A stretch of 63,651 bases of DNA, filler included, from Octopus bimaculoides (taxonomy: Eukaryota), in assembly GCF_001194135.2 (NCBI RefSeq). It is 7 parts of 7 records of this genome, joined end to end, with 100 filler letters (N's around TTAATTAATTAA, not from the genome) between each part and the next. Parts side by side here need not be neighbours in the genome. Positions count along the whole stretch, not along the records: positions 27,852 to 51,126 come from NC_069007.1; positions 51,227 to 56,178 come from NW_026415538.1; 5 more parts are not named here. One strand, given 5' to 3'. The notes beneath the pieces were generated by a model. The model saw nothing but the letters and a program-made list of their open reading frames with translations, ran no database searches and was not told the origin of the DNA. Of this stretch, positions 41,131 to 53,829 are shown piece by piece. The translations under genes were made by a program, and so were the position numbers. Position 1 is the first letter of the stretch, and every line of letters starts with the position of its first letter.

Positions 41131-41374
41131 GATATTTCGACATCTCGTGTGTCTTCCACAGGTTCAAACAATAAACTTGTCAATCTACTTCATTTTGGTT
41201 AATATTTATAGGATTGAGGTAACTTCTCCAGAAGATATAGGAGCAAAAATAGAAGAGTGCCAGTCTATATCTTCTGGAGGAGTTACTTCAATCCTGTAAA
41301 TATTAACCAAAATGAAGTAGACTGACAAGTTTATTTTTTCAACCTGTGGAAGACATACGAGATGTCGAAATATC
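41131..41374. repeat. Long palindrome (110-bp arms, 24-nt loop)
   Basis: 41131-41240 is the reverse complement of 41265-41374 with 7 mismatches. Weaker pairing extends to about 41115/41390. Confidence 0.95.
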
Positions 41375-41638
41375 GTACACTTGATGACAATAATAATAAT
41401 AATAATAATAATCCCTTCTGCTAAAGGCACAAGGCCTGAAATTTTAGGGGAGTGGGGGGATAGTCAATTACATCAACCCCAGTGCGTAACTGGTACTTAT
41501 TTAATCGATCCTGAAAGGATGAAAGGCAAAGTTGGTCTCGGCAGAATTTGAACTCAGAACGTAGTGACTGACAAAATACCGCTAAGCGTTTCACCACCCA
41601 GCATTGTAACAATTGAGCCAGCTCACTGCCTTTAATAA

Positions 41639-42008
41639 TAACAAGAGCAACCAGAGAGCACAAATCTCTGCCAAGGCAACACCAACGTCCTCTCAACAAT
41701 TAGCCAGAGATGATTTTTAAAATGAGAATATCTGAAATAAACTTGACTGCTCTCGCAAACGAGAATACTAAAAATGAACCCGACCACTCTCAAAAATTAA
41801 GTAGAAAAACCAGAAAAATAATCCAGAATCCTCGTTTGGTACTGGATCAATCCCAAAATCTAATCAGTTTGTGCTAGTCATAAGGCCAAACATCCCTGAA
41901 AGTTTCATCCAAATCCATCCAGCAGTTCTTGAGATATCTTGTCCATGGACAAACAAACAGACGTGACTGAAAAACAATACCCCTGCCTTCGCTAAGGCGG
42001 AGGTAATA
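41639..42008 (+). mobile_element. Non-autonomous Helentron/DINE-like element (HINE)
   Basis: Starts aacaagagc after an AAT run. Subterminal inverted motif ctctgcc / ggcggag; 3' hairpin gccttcgctaaggc; ends ggaggtaataa; no TSD. This layout is typical of molluscan HINEs. Confidence 0.55.
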
Positions 42009-42049
42009 ACATTGACAATGATGATTAGATTCCTAAGCTGTGACAGCAG

Positions 42050-42300
42050 CAAGAGTCAAACATAAAGGTTGTTGCTGTTATCATCAGAACATTGGTTCAA
42101 TACCACCCAACCTGAAGAAACATCTGGACACTTTAGAAATATCATACAATCTTGGTGAATCACCAAAATCCATTTTATTTGGAACTGCACACATACTGCA
42201 TAAAGTACTGTCTGTCTGAGGTCCTTGTGACTTGACAGACAGCACAAACCCCTGGTACACACAATATCTTCAACCTACACCATCACAATATTGGATACTC
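42050..42300 (+). mobile_element. RLE-type LINE 3' end fragment
   Basis: ...LKKHLDTLEI...KSILFGTAHILHKVLSV-stop, the same C-terminal motif as the 15890 copy. Confidence 0.6.
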
Positions 42301-43872
42301 TTTTCAATAATAATGGTAATACTTTCTACTCTTGGCACAAACCCTGAAATTTGGGGGAAGGACACAATCGATTTCATTGACCCCAGTACTAGTGGGTCAA
42401 TGTACTAAATAGATAGGAAGGGTGTGAAAACCCAACAGAGGCATATTGTACATGTTATTCAAAGGTCCACCCATGTCACACTTTATATCATGCTGATTCT
42501 GTCTTGCAATTAGATTAAGGGAACATGTATCTGAGGAGCACTCAGCCACTTACAAATTCAATAAATATATGGTTCAACTGATCAAACAAATTAATGGACA
42601 TCAAAACGAACAGAGACCCAGTGACTTTAGACAGTTTTGGACTAATATTTCATCGCATAAACTTTAGGTCTAACTCTGTTCACAAGAACAACCATGCCCC
42701 TCTCTCCTTCCTTCTCTCTTTCTCCGTCTCCCTCTGTTGCTTGCTGTCAAGGTCTGGTGGAGCCAGGTGATTCCTCAAACTGTCAACAATGAAATATGTG
42801 TATCATACACTCTGTATTATTCTTGAAGTTGATTAAATTATGTGTCAGTGGACATGTGCATGCATGTATGTATGTATGTANNNNNNNNNNNNNNNNNNNN
42901 NNNNNNNNNNNNNNNNNNNNNNNNNNNNNNNNNNNNNNNNNNNNNNNNNNNNNNNNNNNNNNNNNNNNNNNNNNNNNNNNNNNNNNNNNNNNNNNNNNNN
43001 NNNNNNNNNNNNNNNNNNNNNNNNNNNNNNNNNNNNNNNNNNNNNNNNNNNNNNNNNNNNNNNNNNNNNNNNNNNNNNNNNNNNNNNNNNNNNNNNNNNN
43101 NNNNNNNNNNNNNNNNNNNNNNNNNNNNNNNNNNNNNNNNNNNNNNNNNNNNNNNNNNNNNNNNNNNNNNNNNNNNNNNNNNNNNNNNNNNNNNNNNNNN
43201 NNNNNNNNNNNNNNNNNNNNNNNNNNNNNNNNNNNNNNNNNNNNNNNNNNNNNNNNNNNNNNNNNNNNNNNNNNNNNNNNNNNNNNNNNNNNNNNNNNNN
43301 NNNNNNNNNNNNNNNNNNNNNNNNNNNNNNNNNNNNNNNNNNNNNNNNNNNNNNNNNNNNNNNNNNNNNNNNNNNNNNNNNNNNNNNNNNNNNNNNNNNN
43401 NNNNNNNNNNNNNNNNNNNNNNNNNNNNNNNNNNNNNNNNNNNNNNNNNNNNNNNNNNNNNNNNNNNNNNNNNNNNNNNNNNNNNNNNNNNNNNNNNNNN
43501 NNNNNNNNNNNNNNNNNNNNNNNNNNNNNNNNNNNNNNNNNNNNNNNNNNNNNNNNNNNNNNNNNNNNNNNNNNNNNNNNNNNNNNNNNNNNNNNNNNNN
43601 NNNNNNNNNNNNNNNNNNNNNNNNNNNNNNNNNNNNNNNNNNNNNNNNNNNNNNNNNNNNNNNNNNNNNNNNNNNNNNNNNNNNNNNNNNNNNNNNNNNN
43701 NNNNNNNNNNNNNNNNNNNNNNNNNNNNNNNNNNNNNNNNNNNNNNNNNNNNNNNNNNNNNNNNNNNNNNNNNNNNNNNNNNNNNNNNNNNNNNNNNNNN
43801 NNNNNNNNNNNNNNNNNNNNNNNNNNNNNNNNNNNNNNNNNNNNNNNNNNNNNNNNNNNNNNNNNNNNNNNN

Positions 43873-43911
<39 letters not shown>

Positions 43912-43913
<2 letters not shown>

Positions 43914-44030
43914 CGGCCATATCACATTGAAAACACCGGTTCTCATCCGCTCACCGAAGTTAAGTAACATTGAGCCTAGTTAGTACTTAGTTGGGTGACC
44001 ACTTGGGAAACCTAGGTACTGTAAGCATTT
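43912..44030 (+). pseudogene. Isolated 5S rRNA copy, probably a pseudogene
   Basis: tacggccatatcacattgaaaacaccggttctcatccgctcaccgaagttaag...ttagtactt..ttgggtgacc..tgggaa...tactgtaagcattt follows the metazoan 5S layout including box A, the intermediate element and box C. It is followed by a T-run. The first bases are lost in a TA repeat, and several expected CpGs appear as CA/TG. Confidence 0.85.
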
Positions 44031-44117
44031 CTTTTTAAAGGTAGTGCTCCAGCATGGCTGCAGTCAAATGATTGAAACAAATAAAAGAATATATGTGTGC
44101 GTATGTGTATGTATGTG

Positions 44118-44177
<60 letters not shown>

Positions 44178-44862
44178 AAGCACGATTTATTTGTGATCAG
44201 AAGTGTTCGGAAACTGAGGTACTACTGTATATAAACAAATTCAAAACTTTGTTTTTTATTTGAAGGAAATTTGGCTTACATCTGTTTCCAATAGTCATTA
44301 TAGGTACATTACAGATAGGTTTGTTCAATTGATTTTTTCTTATCAATTGAGAAAATATGGAATTGTAATGAACCATAACCTTGGACCCTACCATAAAAAT
44401 ACCTAGAGTTCTTCTCTAATTTAATTAATATCGTAGCTGTTGACGAAGATTTCACCTAGCAAATTATTTTATTTGCTAAAATAAAAATCAGAAACTAATT
44501 GGTCCAGGAAACTAGATGGTAAATGTTTTTATTTTATTTTCATTCCTTTCGAAATTTAACCCTAATAGTTGTTTTATAACTTAGCTATTCTTTCTAGCGT
44601 GAGGGAATCTTATGATGGATACCTCTTATGTGTTTAAATGTACACTGTATTTATATGAATAATATATAGTCTTTGGACTAAATTTTATACGCTAGGCCAT
44701 TGGTTGTAGAAATTTCTAATATTTCTATTTCCTTTCAATATTATTGAATATATATATATATGTGTATATATATATTTATTTATATATATATATATATACA
44801 TATATATGTATGTATATATATATTTATTTATATATATATACATATACATATATATATGTATG

Positions 44863-44897
<35 letters not shown>

Positions 44898-45299
44898 GTA
44901 TGTATATATATATTTATTTATATATATATATATACATATACATATNNNNNNNNNNNNNNNNNNNNNNNNNNNNNNNNNNNNNNNNNNNNNNNNNNNNNNN
45001 NNNNNNNNNNNNNNNNNNNNNNNNNNNNNNNNNNNNNNNNNNNNNNNNNNNNNNNNNNNNNNNNNNNNNNNNNNNNNNNNNNNNNNNNNNNNNNNNNNNN
45101 NNNNNNNNNNNNNNNNNNNNNNNNNNNNNNNNNNNNNNNNNNNNNNNNNNNNNNNNNNNNNNNNNNNNNNNNNNNNNNNNNNNNNNNNNNNNNNNNNNNN
45201 NNNNNNNNNNNNNNNNNNNNNNNNNNNNNNNNNNNNNNNNNNNNNNNNNNNNNNNNNNNNNNNNNNNNNNNNNNNNNNNNNNNNNNNNNNNNNNNNNNN

Positions 45300-45356
<57 letters not shown>

Positions 45357-45930
45357 ATGTATATATGTATACATATGTGTGTGTGTGTGTATATACACAC
45401 ATATATTTATGTGCACAGACACACACACACACACACATGTTTGTGTGTTTGTATGTGAACCCCAAAATGAATTAATCACAGTTATACTCTGTACACAAAC
45501 ATTGGCAAATATATAGAAACAAGAGGAGAAGGATTGTCATCTTCATCATCATCACCAAACAATAATGAGGTGATGAATAATAGAGACCTAGAAGAGGAGA
45601 AACAAGGAAACTGAATCCCTGTTCAGCCAACCAACTGACTGACTGACCAACCAGCCACCCAACAAGCTGACAAACCAATCAACCATGTATTAAACTGACC
45701 AAACCACTTGCCAGTGGTCACTTGGCTCAAATTAACATTCCCACTTGAAATTTCTAATTAATTTTATGTTAATTAGACACCTGAAACTAATCAAAACCAC
45801 AGAATTTGATTTGCCCAAATATTTGTCAAAACCTTTTAACAAGCATGGCTGTGTGGTCAAGGAGTTTGTTCTGTAACACTGTGGTTTCAGTTTCAATCCC
45901 ACAGTGAAGCAAGTAAATTTGTACAGAAGT

Positions 45931-45962
<32 letters not shown>

Positions 45963-47649
45963 AGCAGCAGTAGCACCATCATTCAGTCTCCATCTTCCAT
46001 GCTGGCATGGGTTGGATGGTTTGACAAGAGCTGGTCAGCCAGAGGATTGTGCCAAGCTTCACTGTCTCTTTTGACATAGCTTTTGCAGTAGGATGCCCTT
46101 CCTAATGCCAACCACATTACGGAGTGGACTGGGTGCTTTTTATGTGGCACCAGCACCAGTGAGGTCACCAAATAGCTTGTAAACCCAAAATCCCTCAATA
46201 TGAGGAGGGTATTGAGGGAGGTGACTTTGGACCGGGTGATGAGGGTTTAGAGTATGACAGAGGGACAGAAACAGGTATACAGGCACAGGAGTGAATGTGT
46301 GGTAAGTAGCTTGCTTACCAACCACATGGTTCCAGGTTCAGTCCCACTGTGTGGCACCTTGGGCAAGTATCTTCTACTATAGCCTTGGGCCAACCAAAGC
46401 CTGTGAGTGGATTTGGTAGACGGAAACTGAAAGAAGCTTGTCATATATATATATGTGTGTGTGTTTGTGTTTGTCCCCCTACCATTGCTTGACAACTGAT
46501 GCTGGTGTGTTTACATCCTCTTAAGAGACTGATAGAATAAGTACTAGGCTCACAAAGAATAAGTCCAGGGNNNNNNNNNNGACGGAAACTGAAAGAAGCT
46601 TGTCATATATATATATGTGTGTGTGTTTGTGTTTGTCCCCCTACCATTGCTTGACAACTGATGCTGGTGTGTTTACATCCTCTTAAGAGACTGATAGAAT
46701 AAGTACTAGGCTCACAAAGAATAAGTCCAGGGGTCAATTTGTTCAACTAAAGGCGGTGCTCCAGCATGGCCACAGTCAAATGACTAAAACAAATAAAAGA
46801 GATAAAAAAGAGAGACCAAGAGTAAGAGAATGGGAGAGAGATGGCGATGATGTACCAGGCAATACTGTCAAGGTGCAAGGATGTGAAGATAAATGGGAGA
46901 GGATTGCTCAGGGTGCATTCGTAGGGAGTTCATGAAAAGGCAAAAGGAGGGCAGAGGAGAGGCAAAAAGGGGAATGCAGTGAGTGGTGAAACAAGGGTGA
47001 AGGGTGCAACCCAAGACCACATGGTTGCAAAGCAGGTTTCTTACCCACACAAACACACCTGTGTCTCCATCTAAATTGATTTCAATTTTTCTAATTTACA
47101 TTATGCTACATAATTTTATACACACACACACACACACACGTATATATATTCTACATATATTTCATCTGGGATATATATTTCTGTATATATCATAGTCATA
47201 CATTTCTCATATATATATATATATATATATACTTTACGTTTTAAATATAGATATGGTTATATATATATATATTCTTCTTTATGTTATAAATATAGATATG
47301 GTTATATATATATTTCTTCTTTACGTTATGAATATAGATATGGTTATATATATAAATATATTTTTTATTATATCAAATATATATATTTATGCATTGCTCT
47401 TTCCTTTTCTTACATTTTCACTCTTCTCTTTCTTGCTCTCTCTCTCCCCCTCTCTCTTATCTCTCTCTCTCTCATACACGCACATACTCTATCCTTTACT
47501 TTCCTCATCTCCTTGCCTGTCTTTCTCTCACCTCTTCCTCTCTCTCTCTTTCTCCCTCGATATAGTCAGTATTCACACACACTCACGCACACCCTTTCTT
47601 TCTCTGCGTTTCTTTGCACTCTCCTTATATTTCCCATTTCTCTTTACAG

Positions 47650-48019
47650 AATGAAGGCCTTCCCCCGACTCGGCCACCAGCACAAAATCAAACAGAAGAA
47701 GATGGGAGCATGTGGAAAGGAGTCCGAAGTTTGGCAACGAAGCTGATTGATGCCACCAATGATGAGGAACCACTGCCTGAAGTGGAAGGCGTCGATTACA
47801 AACTCGGCAAAATACAGTATGCCATTGGCTACGATTTCCGGACACTAACTTTGACTGTAACTATTTTCCGTGCTTGTCAATTACCTGCCAAGGACTTCAC
47901 CGGAACTAGCGACCCTTATGTTAAAGTGTTGCTCTTACCAGACAAAAAACACAAGTTGCTCACAAAAGTACGAAAGCGTAATTTGAACCCACACTGGAAT
48001 GAACGTTTTGTCTTTGAAG
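47650..48019 (+). CDS. SYT7: Synaptotagmin-7 internal coding exon (linker plus N-terminal part of C2A domain)
   Basis: Pyrimidine tract and ttacag acceptor (AG ends 47649, phase 0); donor G|gtcagt at 48020 (phase 1). Encodes NEGLPP...[74 protein letters not shown]. This closely matches the Syt7 C2A signature I recall ([47 protein letters not shown]). Confidence 0.92.
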
Positions 48020-48114
48020 GTCAGTGCATTTGGTTTCTTTCTCCCTTTTTTCCTTTTCTTTGTCTTTTCTTTTTTTTTTTTTTTTTTTTTTTGCTTTGCA
48101 ATTCTTGTAGCATG

Positions 48115-48146
<32 letters not shown>

Positions 48147-48488
48147 NNNNNNNNNNNNNNNNNNNNNNNNNNNNNNNNNNNNNNNNNNNNNNNNNNNNNN
48201 NNNNNNNNNNNNNNNNNNNNNNNNNNNNNNNNNNNNNNNNNNNNNNNNNNNNNNNNNNNNNNNNNNNNNNNNNNNNNNNNNNNNNNNNNNNNNNNNNNNN
48301 NNNNNNNNNNNNNNNNNNNNNNNNNNNNNNNNNNNNNNNNNNNNNNNNNNNNNNNNNNNNNNNNNNNNNNNNNNNNNNNNNNNNNNNNNNNNNNNNNNNN
48401 NNNNNNNNNNNNNNNNNNNNNNNNNNNNNNNNNNNNNNNNNNNNNNNNNNNNNNNNNNNNNNNNNNNNNNNNNNNNNNNNNNNNNNNN

Positions 48489-48541
<53 letters not shown>

Positions 48542-49903
48542 ATGTGTTTGTGTGTTTGTCCCCCAACATCGATTGACAACCGATGCAGGTGTGTTTATTT
48601 CCCCGTAACTTAGCGGTTCGGCAAAACGGACCGATAGAATAAGTACTAGGCTTACAAAGAATAAGTCCTGGGATCGATTTGTTCAACTAAAGGCAGTGCT
48701 CCAGCATGGCTGCAGTCAGATGACTGAAACAAATAGAAGAATAAAAAAAAAGAATATATCTATACAGACATTTATAAATATGTACAGGGAACATATGGAC
48801 ATTATACGCACACATACATACACACACATATATACACATATCATGATCATCATCATTTAGTGTCCTCCTTCCATGCTGGCATGGGTTGGACGGTTTGACT
48901 GGAGCTGGCCAGACAAGAGCCTGTGTCTGTTCTGGCATGGCTTTTATGGATGGCTGGAGGCCCTTCCTAATACCACCCACCCAACTGAGTGGACTGAGGG
49001 TTTCTTTTCACCTAGCACTTGCACAAATGAGGCCAGTTTAGGTATGATTTTTACAGTTGGATGCCCTTCCAAATGCCAACCACTTTACATTGGATGCTTT
49101 TTAAGTTGCACCTGCACTGGCGGGGTCACCAAGTAACTTGCAAGACAAGGAATCTTTGAGAGGAGAGGGGGCATTGGAGGAGGTGATCTTGTGTCCGATG
49201 ATGAAAGGTTAGAGTGTGACAGAGTGACAGAAACAGATGTCTTGCTGCAGAGGAAGTACATGGTTACGCAGATGGAGAGAGGGAGAGAAAGAGAGTAAGA
49301 GTTAACAAGAATGAGGGCAGAAACAGGTGTGTTGATGAAGAGGAGGGACATGGTTACCTAGAGAGAAAGAGGGAGTTAACAAGAGAGAGAGGTGTGCTGC
49401 AGGAGTGGCTGTGTGGTAAGTAGCTTGCTTACAAACCACATGGTTCCGGGTTCAGTCCCACTGTGTTCATCTTGGGCAACTGTCTTCTACTATAGCCTCG
49501 GGCCGACCAAAGCCTTGTTAGTGGATTTGGTAAACAGAAAGAAGCCTGTTGCACATATATATATATATATATATATGTATATATGTGTTTTGCAAGATTC
49601 TTGATGTGAAATCGTGTGTTGAAACAGATGTTATTGTACTTGGGGATGGTCATATTGCCAGTTTAGCCAATAAAAACACACGCACTGTATATTTGGTGTT
49701 AATTTGCTTCAGCTTTATATTACATTAATCTTAATCTTATTTCGGCCAGAGTTCTTTCATCACACTTCTGTGACCTCATCAGTGGTCCTTTGCTTTCTTC
49801 TTTCTTATGTGTGTCCCACCTTGCTAACTATCAGCCATTTTGTATTTTGTATTCAANNNNNNNNNNNNNNNNNNNNNNNNNNNNNNNNNNNNNNNNNNNN
49901 NNN

Positions 49904-49944
<41 letters not shown>

Positions 49945-50340
49945 GTGTTTTGCAAGATTCTTGATGTGAAATCGTGTGTTGAAACAGATGTTATTGTACT
50001 TGGGGATGGTCATATTGCCAGTTTAGCCAATAAAAACACACGCACTGTATATTTGGTGTTAATTTGCTTCAGCTTTATATTACATTAATCTTAATCTTAT
50101 TTCGGCCAGAGTTCTTTCATCACACTTCTGTGACCTCATCAGTGGTCCTTTGCTTTCTTCTTTCTTATGTGTGTCCCACCTTGCTAACTATCAGCCATTT
50201 TGTATTTTGTATTCAAGGTGTCCTGGAGTCGATTTGTTCGACTAAAGGCAGTGCTCCAGCATGGCCACGTCACAGTCAAAATGACCGAAACAAGTAAAAG
50301 AATAAAAGAATATATATCTATATATATAAATTTAAAGAAC

Positions 50341-50465
50341 ACAGAAAATGGAGATAACGTTGATCAACAACAATTGATTTGCTTCAATTATTATTTATTA
50401 ATTATCAAAAAATAATAAATGAAAATAATAAATTGTTGTTCACCAGTGTTATCTCCATTTTCTGT
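50341..50465. repeat. Inverted repeat (35-bp arms, AT-rich spacer)
   Basis: acagaaaatggagataac...aacaacaatt at 50341-50375 pairs with 50431-50465 (4 mismatches). Confidence 0.9.
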
Positions 50466-51281
50466 TTTCTCCAAATTTTGATTCCTGATAAACTCCTGTT
50501 TATCTTTGTCTTTGCCTATAATTTATGAGCATAGTATTTTTGCCCATGTTTAAATATAAGTAATATATCAGTAGTATTTTGGATATTTTTATCCCTTAGA
50601 CAGTTATTTTAAACTCTAACTCAATTAACCTTATGTATATATATGAATATATATAACATATATACTCCTGATGGAGTAAGAGGAATTCTTGGAATGAAGA
50701 CGTCATCCCCTTTTGCACATCCAGAAAGAATGGTAGCCTCGATAATGTGTGACATCATTTTCTAAATAATGCTCATCTGTTATGTTCGGGTTAAAATTTC
50801 ATCAACATCAAAAATATATGAATTTTCATGGGAGTTATGGCCGTTATGCAAAGAATATAATTTCCAAATTTCATAAAGAACCATTCAGTACTTTTGACGT
50901 AGTTTTGGATAATAAAACAAATGACTAATGTGTGTGTTTGTGTGCATGTGTATGTGTGTGTGATGGGTGTATATCTGTATAGATATCTGTATGCATGTAT
51001 ATATGTATATATGTGTACATATTACATGTACATCTATATATATATATATAGCAATCTCGTTGTAATTCTTCCAATGATTAACTCTGGACTTGTTTCTCTG
51101 GATTGTTAATGTTAACAGTAGTGTACNNNNNNNNNNNNNNNNNNNNNNNNNNNNNNNNNNNNNNNNNNNNTTAATTAATTAANNNNNNNNNNNNNNNNNN
51201 NNNNNNNNNNNNNNNNNNNNNNNNNNAGAATGACAAAGACAGCAAGAACACGATGGAAGGAAATCAAACTGTATATCTTAC

Positions 51282-51530
51282 TGATATTTTCCACTTTGAG
51301 AAGTGCTCCCGGCAGCTTTAAAATGGAGACGAGATCCTCTGCCTTTCGACCTTGGGAGTCTTTCAGTGATTTTTTAATCCCTTTCCTCAGCAACAGTTTG
51401 ACAACTTTTATGTAAAACTGAACATCTTCAACTTCAGTTTGTACCAAGGAATGCAATAGAGTCTCGTTTCTGGCGTTCACCACATTGATGTTCTTGTTGT
51501 TAAGGCCGTAATCTAAAGCATCAAGAGAAC
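51282..51530 (-). CDS. Exon D of TPR-like/ankyrin-repeat gene (ankyrin repeat)
   Basis: Acceptor tttatttcttgcccccag|; donor ATCA|gtaaga; 249 nt, phase 1-1. Encodes SLDALDYGLNNKNINVVNARNETLLHSLV...FYIKVVKLLLRKGIKKSLKDSQGRKAEDL, with the ankyrin pattern N..N..ETLLH...VVKLLL..G.....KD..G. Confidence 0.82.
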
Positions 51531-53163
51531 CTGGGGGCAAGAAATAAACAAAGAATAGATTTATTTAAATGTATATTTTTTGCTTTTATTTGTATTTGGT
51601 AGAAATGAGAGAGTGACTCAAAAGCTGAGAGTTCCATGCGTTGACACTTATCAAAGTAGTCACAAATCCAGATGTTATAAATTCATATACCAATGATAAT
51701 CTTATTTATGATTTGTTCCAGAACTATCCAGGAAAATACCATTATCACCAGTATATGGGACTTATAACCCCAGGATTTCTAACTAGTTTCGTAAGTGCTA
51801 ACACAAAATTCTTGGCCCTTGAAGCACTCTACTATTTTTGTTAAATATCGGTTTCAAATTTTGGCACAAGGCCAGCAATTCTAGAGGAAGTGGTTCAGTC
51901 CATTACACCAACTCCAGTGCTCAACTGGTACATATTTTCTGAACCCCAGAGGAATAAAAGGGCAAAGCGACGAAGCATTTTGTCACGTATTGATAAGTTT
52001 ACTAGGATAAGTTTACCTTAATAATTATAATAATAATAATTGTTTTAAAATAAGCTGAAGGCCTTGAATTTGGGGTGAAGAGTTAGTTGATTCTATCAAG
52101 CACAATATTTGACTGATGCTTTCTTTTGTCAACATCAGAAAGATGGAAAAGAAAATTTTCAAAAGTAATTAATGTTTGTAATACAGATACAAGAGCAGAA
52201 ATTTGGGGACAATGGGCCAGAATCAACTGCATTCTTTGGCTGCTACTTTATTTTATCAACTTCAGTGGCCCTGAAAAGATGGGGGAGCAAGATGAGCTTG
52301 GCAGGATTTGAACTCAGAACATATAGAGCCAGAAGAAATATTGCAATGCATTTTCTCAAATGCTCAAACAATTCTAAATTGGTTTCTCACACAGAAATTT
52401 GAAGGAAGATTTAGTTAATGAAATCCGTCCTGGTACTCAATTGGTGCCTTATTGACCCCTGAAGGAGGAAAGGTAATATTATCCTCAATAATGGAACTAA
52501 TTTCCTACCCAGTTACTATGGAGAATGCTTACAGCTATTGGAGTAAGAGGAAAAGAGTGAAAAAATAGCTGCACAAATGATGGGAGAGGCAGAAGAGCCT
52601 GGTTATGGAGCAAGTGAGAGGAATAAAGCTAGGAGCCAGGAGGAGATGATAAGCAGTGATTTGACCAGCTCTGCTGAACCACCAGTGAGATGGTTCAGGG
52701 TGGTTGAAACACTTGACAATTGCTGGATACCATGTGATGACTTCCCTGGTCAAACCAACATTCACTGAAGATGAATGAAGAAGGAAAAAAACATTTTTTA
52801 AATGTTAAGAGTAAAATCATTTTCCCAAAAGTATCAGGAGAAATGTCACATGGAATGCATTGCAGTGGCTACCAACATGGCCACAGGCCTACAACAATGG
52901 AAATCAGCCAAAGAATAAAATTAAAAGAACCATCTAATCCGAAAGACTCCTTGAATACTTCCAACATCCTGATTATCTTCTTGGATGCTCATGCTCTACA
53001 TCCCAAACATTCTCTATGAAAATGGTACCATCATCTTTATAATATTTATAAACAAGAAAAATTATTAAACAAAAAGACTTAAAAAGATAGCAAAAATTGA
53101 TAAAAAAAAAAAAGCTAACAACAAAAACAAGAGCAAATACAGAAGAAATATATTCTATGTTAC

Positions 53164-53478
53164 CAATATTTAGTGTCAGTTGCAGGATTGTGTGAATTTT
53201 CACAGCACTATCATGTCCCGAGAGAAGACCATTCCTCAGAAGATTCATTAATAATTCAAGAGCAGATGATCTATTGATTTCATTAGATTGTCTTGATTTC
53301 AATAAAGTTGAAATATTCATGTGGGAAGCATTGAATTTTCTAAGTCGTGGTTTTGTTCCACCGAGAAAAAAGTATAGCATTGGCCAGGATTTAGAAGATC
53401 TAGATTTTTCCAGAAGAAATTTGTTCACCTCATCTTCTTCCATTTTATGTACATTTTCTAAAATGGCATCAATATCTG
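53164..53478 (-). CDS. Exon C of TPR-like/ankyrin-repeat gene
   Basis: Acceptor tttttcttgcag|cag (NAGNAG); donor ATTG|gtaaca; 315 nt, phase 1-1. Open frame (A)DIDAILENVHKMEEDEVNKFLLEK...ALELLMNLLRNGLLSGHDSAVKIHTILQLTLNI(G). Confidence 0.78.
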
Positions 53479-53516
53479 CTGCAAGAAAAACAATAAAATA
53501 TCAAACATGTTTGTAG

Positions 53517-53550
<34 letters not shown>

Positions 53551-53663
53551 GGGTAAATGAATTTCGAGAAACACAATAGACATCTCAGCTAGCAGTAGCA
53601 GCAAACTGGCATAAAAGAAGAGCACAGCAGTTCCAGGACAGAAAGACACAAGTCCCAACTTAC

Positions 53664-53769
53664 CATTATCAAACTGTTTAATTGTACGAGAGTGCAGAGT
53701 TTTCTCCAGGAAATCAAGGAAGACAAAAGTATCCTGGGTTGGTTCCGACGGGGCAGTCTTTGCTCTAGA
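53664..53769 (-). CDS. Exon B of TPR-like/ankyrin-repeat gene
   Basis: Long poly-T tract then cccaag| acceptor; donor AATG|gtaagt; 106 nt, phase 0 to phase 1. Open frame SRAKTAPSEPTQDTFVFLDFLEKTLHSRTIKQFDN. It bridges the phases of exons A and C exactly. Confidence 0.75.
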
Positions 53770-53829
53770 CTTGGGAAAAAAAAAAAAGAAAAAAAAATTT
53801 AATTAAAAATTTGATATTTAAAAAAAATA

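Noticed and set aside
51641-51844. Plus-strand ORF with an internal gtaagt donor
   Set aside because: The only nearby acceptor (51602) leads to stops in all three frames; no recognisable homology.
52666-52764. Extra 99-nt phase 1-1 exon for the TPR/ANK gene
   Set aside because: Good acceptor but a weak donor (GTCAAA) and no repeat-like peptide. The opposite strand resembles an RTE 3' remnant (RWFRVVE). Exons C and D join in frame without it.
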